Source: Marimonas arenosa (GTDB lineage: Bacteria > Pseudomonadota > Alphaproteobacteria > Rhodobacterales > Rhodobacteraceae). Taken from it: DNA of 64,000 nucleotides. Position numbers and translations under genes: made by a program. The stretch covers positions 1,221,103-1,285,102 of the forward strand of contig NZ_JANHAX010000001.1 in assembly GCF_030848945.1 (NCBI RefSeq). Direction: 5' to 3'. The stretch's first letter is position 1; each line of letters opens with the position of its first letter. Positions 57,774 through 64,000 of this stretch are shown here, in pieces. Below the pieces are notes generated by a model. That model had not been told where the DNA came from and did not search any database. It saw only the letters and a list, made by a program, of their open reading frames with translations.

Positions 57774-57999
57774 TGGACATCCTCGCTGTTTTCGGCTGAC
57801 GCCTGATATCCCAGCCCGGATGCAGCGTCCATCGCCGATTGGATCGTATTGCGGTCGAGCCCCCGAGCCCTCGAGCCCCGCCGGAGGCTCCGCAATGACC
57901 GCCGTCGCACAGTCTGGGTGGGGTGTCGCGTCGACGCTTTCGGAAAACAAGCGCGCGGAAGCGCACAATTGGATCAGGCCCAGCCGGGTCAGGCCGGGC

Positions 58000-58932
58000 T
58001 CAGAACCATTGCCCTGGCTCCATCAGGCCAAGGTCCAACAATTGCCGCGAATGCCATTCGAACGGGGTCGAATTGTGCCAGCGGAAGGTGTCGATGTCGA
58101 AGGTCGAGCCGGGATTGCGCTTCAGCGCCTTGGCGGTGCGGAAGCTGACGATCGCGGCCGTCAGGTTGTTGTGCCAGGGGCAGGCATAGGTGTTGTATTC
58201 CTCGTCGTTGAAAGTGTGATCCTCGCGCAGCCGCAGCCCGGACTTGGCGCGAAACAGCGCGATGCGGTCGATCTTGCGGCGCGGCGCCGGCACGTGTTCC
58301 TCGTAGCGCCAGCGCAAACCGCCAAAGAAGTCGAGTTGGCGTTCCTTGGGATCGTTGTCATTGGCCGGATCGGGCCGCGCCAGCGCGTAGTAGCCCGACT
58401 TGTCGAGATAGGCGAGGTCGAGCGAGACGGCATTGGGGAAACGGTCGAGATCGCCGGCGTAGAGGTCGATCACGTAGGTCAGCATCGCGTCGCGGCGTTC
58501 CTCGGCATGGAAGCCCAGCATCTCGCCGACGGTACGGGTCTCGCAGAACGGATAGAAGAGGTATTCGGCGTTGTAGCAGTAGTAGAGCCACTGCCCCACC
58601 GCCACCGCGGCAACCGCATCGACCGCCTTCTGTACCGCCCCGGACCGGGTGGCGTCAAAACCCACTCGATGCACCGTCTTGACCAGGTCGACCGGCAGAC
58701 CGAACGAGTCGGGCATGAACGCGATCACCGCCTTGAACCCCAGTTGCCGGTGATGACGCAACGTTGTGTCGAGCTCGACCTCGTCTTCGGCAAAGATCAG
58801 CGCGATCGGCCCTTTCGCAAGAACCGTGCCGCCGTTCTCGATAAGTTGTTCGACCCCGGAAAAATGCATATCTGCCCCGATCCTGCCCCGGATACTGCTT
58901 TTGCCCGCAGATTCGGTTAATTCCTTCGTCAT
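58000..58932 (-). CDS. hypothetical protein (about 290-310 aa)
   Basis: Only the C-terminal about 310 codons of track ORF 58000..60219 look coding; the remainder is antisense to miaB. Start at 58932 (ATG) or 58869. No family recognised. Confidence 0.4.
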   Translation of the reverse strand: MTKELTESAGKSSIRGRIGADMHFSGVEQLIENGGTVLAKGPIALIFAEDEVELDTTLRHHRQLGFKAVIAFMPDSFGLPVDLVKTVHRVGFDATRSGAVQKAVDAVAAVAVGQWLYYCYNAEYLFYPFCETRTVGEMLGFHAEERRDAMLTYVIDLYAGDLDRFPNAVSLDLAYLDKSGYYALARPDPANDNDPKERQLDFFGGLRWRYEEHVPAPRRKIDRIALFRAKSGLRLREDHTFNDEEYNTYACPWHNNLTAAIVSFRTAKALKRNPGSTFDIDTFRWHNSTPFEWHSRQLLDLGLMEPGQWF

Positions 58933-58989
58933 TGCAAGCCTGAGCCGGCTCTTGTATGGAGCCCGTTCAGAGCGCGCGGGAACGATCCA

Positions 58990-60309
58990 ATGGCCGATCC
59001 GAAGAAACTCTTCATCAAGACCTACGGCTGTCAGATGAACGTCTATGACAGCGAGCGCATGGCCGAAGCCATGGGCGGATCGGGCTATGAACAGGTCAAG
59101 ACGCCGGAAGAGGCGGACCTGATCCTGCTCAATACCTGCCATATCCGGGAAAAGGCGGCCGAAAAGGTCTATTCCGAGCTCGGCCGCTTCAAGGGGCTCA
59201 AGGCCGACAGGCCCGATCTCAAGATCGGCGTCACCGGCTGCGTCGCGCAGGCCGAGGGCGAGGAGATCATGCGCCGCCAGCCGCTGGTCGATCTGGTGGT
59301 CGGCCCACAGGCCTATCACCGCCTTCCCGAGATGGAGCGACAGGCGCGCCGGGGCGAGAAGGTGCTCGACACCGATATGCCCGAGGAGGACAAGTTCGAG
59401 ATCCTGAAATCGCGCCCCAAGGCGAAGCGCGGCCCGACCGCGTTCCTGACCGTTCAGGAGGGCTGTGACAAGTTCTGCGCCTTTTGCGTCGTGCCCTATA
59501 CTCGCGGCGCCGAAGTCAGCCGCCCGGTCGACCGGATCCTGTCCGAGGCCCGCGACCTGGTCGTGCGCGGCGTGCGTGAGATCACGCTCTTGGGCCAGAA
59601 CGTCAACGCCTATCACGGCGCTGGTCCGGACGGCGATGTCAGCCTGGCGCGGCTGATCTGGGCGTTGAACGAGATCGACGGGCTGGAGCGCATCCGCTTC
59701 ACCACTTCGCATCCGAACGACATGACTGACGACCTGATCGCGGCACACGGAGACTGCGAGAAGCTCATGCCCTACCTGCACCTTCCAGTGCAGTCGGGCA
59801 GTGACCGCATTCTCAAGCGGATGAACCGCAGCCACGACCGCGACAGCTACCTGCGGCTGATCGAGCGCATTCGCGCGGCGCGGCCCGACATCCTGATCTC
59901 GGGCGATTTCATCGTCGGCTTCCCGGAAGAAACCGATGCCGATTTCGAGGACACCATGGATCTCATTCGGCAGGTGGAGTACGGACAGGCCTTTTCCTTC
60001 AAGTATTCCCCCCGCCCCGGTACGCCGGCCGCCGAGCGCGCACAGGTTGACCCGACGGTGGCCGACGCACGGCTGCAAGAGCTGCAGGCGCTGATCACCC
60101 GCCAGCAGCGCACGCGCCAGGACGCGATGGTCGGCCAGGAGGTTGGCGTGCTGTTTGAAAAACCCGGACGCCGCCCCGGCCAGATGGTCGGCAAATCCGA
60201 CCACCTGCATGCAGTGCATGTCGACGACTGCGGCGCTAGTGTCGGCGAATTGCGGCGGGTGAAAATTACCGAAAGCGGCACCAATTCTCTGGGCGGGGTT
60301 CTGGTCTGA
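58990..60309 (+). CDS. miaB: tRNA-i6A37 methylthiotransferase
   Basis: UPF0004 N-domain, radical-SAM CxxxCxxC ([12 protein letters not shown]), TRAM domain. 439 aa. Confidence 0.9.
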   Translation: MADPKKLFIKTYGCQMNVYDSERMAEAMGGSGYEQVKTPEEADLILLNTCHIREKAAEKVYSELGRFKGLKADRPDLKIGVTGCVAQAEGEEIMRRQPLVDLVVGPQAYHRLPEMERQARRGEKVLDTDMPEEDKFEILKSRPKAKRGPTAFLTVQEGCDKFCAFCVVPYTRGAEVSRPVDRILSEARDLVVRGVREITLLGQNVNAYHGAGPDGDVSLARLIWALNEIDGLERIRFTTSHPNDMTDDLIAAHGDCEKLMPYLHLPVQSGSDRILKRMNRSHDRDSYLRLIERIRAARPDILISGDFIVGFPEETDADFEDTMDLIRQVEYGQAFSFKYSPRPGTPAAERAQVDPTVADARLQELQALITRQQRTRQDAMVGQEVGVLFEKPGRRPGQMVGKSDHLHAVHVDDCGASVGELRRVKITESGTNSLGGVLV

Positions 60310-60337
60310 CCGACGACAGGCGACAATGAGGGCATAG

Positions 60338-60358
60338 TTGTTTCCGTTTTGGAAACAA
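60338..60358. promoter_or_regulatory. perfect 8-5-8 palindrome TTGTTTCC-GTTTT-GGAAACAA, candidate dimeric regulator site
   Basis: Lies 29 bp after the miaB stop and about 190 bp upstream of the OmpA-like gene. AT-rich, so not terminator-like. Confidence 0.45.
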
Positions 60359-60546
60359 TATCCGACGCCCAGACAACCACAGCATTAGTCTTTGCCCCCT
60401 GACAGACCGCTAGATATGGTGAAATCCGCTTCACAAGGCCGGTTTTCCTGTTAGAGTACCCGTGGTGAACTGTGTCTTGATGGTGCCTGCCAGCGCCGGA
60501 CACGGAATTGATGGTGAACCACCGGGGGACAAAAACCGTGGCGAGA

Positions 60547-61122
60547 ATGATTACCGACGAAGCACGCAAGCTTGCGTGCTGGCTGACTCTGGTTGCTCTG
60601 AGCCTGACGGTTTTGACCGGGTCTGCCGACGCGCAGCAGCCTCAGAACGGAAACGCCGTGGTCGGCGAGCGCTATGTCCCGACGATCTGGGTCGACCCCG
60701 ACGGCTGCGAACACTGGGTCATGGATGACGGTTTCGAAGGTTACATGTCGCCGCATCTGACGCGCGACGGCAAACCGGTCTGCCGCCGCGGCAATGTCTG
60801 CGGCGTGATGAACTCGGACCAGTATTTCGCGACCAACAGCGCCCGGATCGGGGCCAGCGGACACCAGCGCCTGCAACGGTTCTTCCAGCAGGCCAAGGCC
60901 CGCGGCTTCATCATCAGCGGTCACACCGACAGCCGGGCGTCAGACGCCTACAACATGCGGCTGTCGCAACTTAGAGCCCATTCGGTGGCGCAGGTCGCCC
61001 GCAGCGTCGGCGCAACCGTTTTCGAGGTGCGCGGCTACGGCGAGCGCAATCCGGTGGCGTCGAACGCAACCGCGGCCGGAATGGCCAAGAACCGCCGCGT
61101 CGAAATCATCTGTATCAAGTAA
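60547..61122 (+). CDS. OmpA-family (peptidoglycan-binding) protein with N-terminal Cys-containing domain
   Basis: Signal peptide. C-terminal OmpA-like block ISGHTDSRASDAYNMRLSQLRAHSV...GYGERNPVASNATAAGMAKNRRVEI. N-terminal IWVDPDGCEHWVMDDGFEGYMSPHLTRDGKPVC. Confidence 0.75.
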   Translation: MITDEARKLACWLTLVALSLTVLTGSADAQQPQNGNAVVGERYVPTIWVDPDGCEHWVMDDGFEGYMSPHLTRDGKPVCRRGNVCGVMNSDQYFATNSARIGASGHQRLQRFFQQAKARGFIISGHTDSRASDAYNMRLSQLRAHSVAQVARSVGATVFEVRGYGERNPVASNATAAGMAKNRRVEIICIK

Positions 61123-61134
61123 CGGAGCGCAATC

Positions 61135-61482
61135 ATGAACCTGTCCTTTCACGTCGCGCTCCTGACCGGGGCTTTGGCCGTTGCCGGCTGCTCGGAATCC
61201 ATGCTTGCCCAGATGTCGGGAGAAGGCGGCGATGGCCGGGTCAATTCTGACAAGACGATCGACTACGGCCAGGGCGGCAGGCAAAAGCCACTGTCCGAGC
61301 TCGTTGCCGGGATCTGGGTCGATCCCAACGGCTGCGATCACTGGATCATCGACGACGGAGTCGAAGGCTATCTTTCACCGCGCCTGGACCGGAACGGCAA
61401 GCCGGTTTGTTCGGGCGTTGCCCCGCCCAACACCGCTGTCGGTAACTTCAGGGGTAACGAAACGATTTCGGACCCGCTTTGA
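61135..61482 (+). CDS. lipoprotein sharing the N-terminal Cys domain of the upstream OmpA-like protein
   Basis: Lipobox LAVAGC. IWVDPNGCDHWIIDDGVEGYLSPRLDRNGKPVC is paralogous to the upstream gene's N-domain. 115 aa. Confidence 0.6.
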   Translation: MNLSFHVALLTGALAVAGCSESMLAQMSGEGGDGRVNSDKTIDYGQGGRQKPLSELVAGIWVDPNGCDHWIIDDGVEGYLSPRLDRNGKPVCSGVAPPNTAVGNFRGNETISDPL

Positions 61483-61631
61483 CCGTTGGGCTCGAACATG
61501 CACAAAACCACGCCGCGGAATTGTTTTCCGCGGCTTTTTCGTTTCATATTCGTGACATTTCGCACACCCTGCTTGCACTGGCGTCCGCATCTTGGCAGCA
61601 TCGGCATCAGGACCACCAGATGGAGAGTTGA

Positions 61632-62648
61632 TTGGCCACCACCGTGCTGCCCCCGCCTCAACCCGACGTTCCCTCCGATCCGGATGTGCTTGCCGAACAT
61701 CTGATCGAGTTTCCTGACAATCGCCTGTTGATCGAGCTTTGCGGCGAGTACGACCGCAATCTTGCCGAGATCGAGCAGAAGCTCGGGGTGCAGATCCTGC
61801 GCCGCGGCAACCAGGTGGCGGTGATCGGCGATGCCGCCTCGGCCGGCGAGGCGATCTCGGTGCTGACCGCGCTGTACGAGCGGCTGGAATCGGGCCGCAA
61901 CATCGAATCGGGCGATGTCGATCGCGAACTCAGGATGGACACCGGGTCCGGCGGCGATGCCGGCGACCAGCTCGAGATGTTTCGTGGCGGCCGGGTCGAG
62001 ATCCGCACCCGCAAGAAAACCGTGGAGCCGCGCACCGACGCGCAGAAGAGCTATGTTCAATCACTGTTCGAAAACGAGCTTGGCTTCGGGATCGGTCCGG
62101 CCGGCACCGGCAAGACCTATCTCGCCGTCGCCGTTGGCGTGAACATGTTCATCGAGGGACATGTCGACCGCATCATCCTGTCACGCCCCGCCGTCGAGGC
62201 GGGCGAAAAACTGGGCTATCTGCCCGGCGACATGAAGGAAAAGGTCGATCCCTACATGCAGCCGCTCTACGATGCGCTGAACGATTTTCTGCCAGGCAAG
62301 CAACTGGCCAAGCTTATCGAGGAAAAACGCATCGAGATCGCACCGCTGGCCTTCATGCGCGGCCGCACACTTGCCAACGCCTTCGTGGTGCTGGACGAGG
62401 CGCAGAACGCCACTACCATGCAGATGAAAATGTTCCTCACCCGGCTGGGCGAAGGCTCGCGCATGGTGGTCACCGGCGACCGCAGCCAGGTCGACCTGCC
62501 GCGCGGGGTTGCGTCGGGTCTGGCCGATGCCGAGCGGCTTCTGAAGGGGATCGGCGGCATCAGCTTCAACTATTTCACCGCCAAGGATGTCGTGCGCCAT
62601 CCGCTCGTCGCCGCGATCATCGAAGCCTACGACAAGGACAACCCGTGA
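61632..62648 (+). CDS. phoH: PhoH family ATPase
   Basis: TTG start with GGAGAG SD. Walker A GPAGTGKT, Walker B VVLDEAQN, KH-like N-domain. 338 aa. Confidence 0.88.
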   Translation: MATTVLPPPQPDVPSDPDVLAEHLIEFPDNRLLIELCGEYDRNLAEIEQKLGVQILRRGNQVAVIGDAASAGEAISVLTALYERLESGRNIESGDVDRELRMDTGSGGDAGDQLEMFRGGRVEIRTRKKTVEPRTDAQKSYVQSLFENELGFGIGPAGTGKTYLAVAVGVNMFIEGHVDRIILSRPAVEAGEKLGYLPGDMKEKVDPYMQPLYDALNDFLPGKQLAKLIEEKRIEIAPLAFMRGRTLANAFVVLDEAQNATTMQMKMFLTRLGEGSRMVVTGDRSQVDLPRGVASGLADAERLLKGIGGISFNYFTAKDVVRHPLVAAIIEAYDKDNP

Positions 62649-62732
62649 CGCCCTGGCTGCGCGGCCTGATCCTGCGACGGATGTCGCCGGACCGGGCCCG
62701 CTGCGGCCGAGGCCGAATCGCGTGAGTGGCAG

Positions 62733-62885
62733 ATGGTGTGCACTGTCTGCGGCTGGAGGATCTCGGTCTGGGATGCCGGCGGGCTGCGCTACAAGGCCGC
62801 CAGCCGCGGCAAGCGAGGCCTCGGCCGCTGCAAGCAGTGCGGCCGCTGGCGCTGGTTCCGGGTCGAACGGATGACAGAAGAATAA
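62733..62885 (+). CDS. possible 50-aa zinc-ribbon protein (below ORF-track threshold)
   Basis: MVCTVCGW...RGLGRCKQCGRW, two CxxC pairs about 27 residues apart. No SD. Speculative. Confidence 0.25.
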   Translation: MVCTVCGWRISVWDAGGLRYKAASRGKRGLGRCKQCGRWRWFRVERMTEE

Positions 62886-63068
62886 GCCCCACCGCTGTCC
62901 GTCGCGCATCAACCGGCCGACCGTCGAACTCCGGCTCTTCGTGAATTCTGTGTTTCCAACTTCGAAACAAAAGTTCCGGATTTTCGGGCTAAGCTACCTC
63001 ATCCAGCAGGCCCCTGTTTTTCCGATCTGCCGGCGTGCTGTTTCAGATGTCCATACTTGGGGGAATTC

Positions 63069-64000
63069 ATGCCGATTTTCGGAACCGGTGGGGCAATGAC
63101 GATCGTCGCGCATCAGGATGACGACATCCTGTTCATGAACCCCGACATCCTGCACAGCATCGAGGCAGGCGTTTCCAACACCACCATCTATGTCACCGCC
63201 GGGGATTCCGGGCTGGACGAGGCATACTGGAGCGCGCGCGAGGAAGGCGCCAAGGCCGCGTACCTGTTGATGGCCGGCGGCGGCACCTGGGTCGACGAGA
63301 CGATCACCCTCGAAATCAACGGCCAGACCTTCGAAATCGCGAGTTCCTATCTGGCCGAAAACCCCGGCATCCGCCTTTATTTCCTGCGCCTCCCGGACGG
63401 AGGCGGCATGCTCGAGCCGGAAGAGTACGAACAGCTTGCCCGGCTGGAAAGCGGAGACCTGGGCAACGTGGCCTCGATTGACGGTGCGAACGTCTATGCC
63501 CGCGACGATCTGGTCAACGTCCTGACCGAACTCATGGAGTTGCACGCTCCGACCGAGTTTCGGCTTCAGGTCGCAGACGGCGGTTATGCCGGCGGCGAAC
63601 ATACCGACCACGTGCACGCCACCGAATTCGCCCTCGAGGCGCTGGCCGGGTATTCCGGCGAGAGTTACGCGGTCACGCAATACGTTCAGTATCAATCTGG
63701 TACAATGCCGGCGAACCTCTCTGACGAAGACGCCGCCCGCGCGCTCGAGATCATGCAGGCTTATGCCGAGCATGACCTGGCGGTGCTCGACGAAACCGGC
63801 CAGCTGGCTCAGGTTTATGTCGACTGGACCGGGCGGCAATACGTGGCCGAACAGTACACGGTCGATACCGTAGGAGAGCCGACCGATCCCACCGATCCCA
63901 CGGAGCCGGTCGACCCGGGCACGCCCACTGATCCGAGTGCCGGAAGCATGGTCTACAGCCTCGCGGGACCGGACGCGTTCCTGTTCACGGTCGACGCCAC
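63069..64000 (+). CDS. PIG-L/LmbE family N-acetylglucosaminyl deacetylase domain protein with Pro/Thr/Asp-rich linker, 3' end beyond window
   Basis: TIVAHQDDDILFMNPD (AHPDDE-like) and GGEHTDHVH (HxxH) Zn motifs. After about 260 aa comes the linker EPTDPTDPTEPVDPGTPTDPS, then further sequence. No stop before the window end, so it is absent from the ORF track. Confidence 0.6.
   Translation, partial: MPIFGTGGAMTIVAHQDDDILFMNPDILHSIEAGVSNTTIYVTAGDSGLDEAYWSAREEGAKAAYLLMAGGGTWVDETITLEINGQTFEIASSYLAENPGIRLYFLRLPDGGGMLEPEEYEQLARLESGDLGNVASIDGANVYARDDLVNVLTELMELHAPTEFRLQVADGGYAGGEHTDHVHATEFALEALAGYSGESYAVTQYVQYQSGTMPANLSDEDAARALEIMQAYAEHDLAVLDETGQLAQVYVDWTGRQYVAEQYTVDTVGEPTDPTDPTEPVDPGTPTDPSAGSMVYSLAGPDAFLFTVDA

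Noticed and set aside
57820-60219. 366-aa plus-strand ORF and the N-terminal 430 codons of the 739-aa minus-strand ORF
   Set aside because: The plus-strand ORF is antisense to the hypothetical gene at 58000-58932. The minus-strand extension beyond 58932 is antisense to miaB. Only the C-terminal about 310 codons were kept.
62994-63839. 281-aa minus-strand ORF
   Set aside because: Antisense of the PIG-L deacetylase gene, which has clear Zn-binding motifs on the plus strand.

Overview
High-GC (about 65%) alphaproteobacterial chromosomal window. Codon usage and housekeeping synteny resemble the Rhodobacterales/roseobacter group.

Conserved core genes seen (most on the minus strand):
- rpoD (3' part, truncated by the window edge) and dnaG
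- heterotetrameric sarcosine oxidase operon soxB-orf-soxD-soxA-soxG
- gdh
- lipoprotein-hom-ceramidase-like-glpX-recJ, followed by tRNA-Glu
- lldD-like plus sulfotransferase, then rplY and pth
- aroA ... cmk ... rpsA-ihfB-lapA-trpF-GNAT-trpB
- miaB ... phoH

Accessory features interleaved with the core:
1. Three Tad/Flp minor-pilin modules with no pilus assembly machinery in the window. Two are tandem paralogous cassettes, each a TadG-vWA gene plus two tadE-like genes (13525-19534). A divergent TadG-like plus TadE-like pair lies on the other strand (9675-11428).
2. A small islet between a tRNA-Leu / degenerate tRNA-like pair and trpB (41.5-44.8 kb). It carries a membrane-anchored LuxR regulator and two secreted acidic proteins with (GEGD)n tails, one PepSY-like and one His-rich. 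A low-GC ORF sits exactly where trpA would be, flanked by a diverged duplicate of the trpB 3' end.
3. A reductive-dehalogenase/QueG-like Fe-S protein next to a secreted protein with a C-terminal CxxCH heme motif.
4. A cluster of six DnaA-box-like 9-mers in a 0.9-kb non-coding, low-GC stretch after tRNA-Glu.
5. Several clean palindromic operator candidates: a TetR-associated one, and an 8-5-8 palindrome upstream of an OmpA-like gene.

Many long ORFs in the six-frame track are antisense shadows of real genes and were rejected. All functional calls rest on motif and family recognition by eye; no database search was run.
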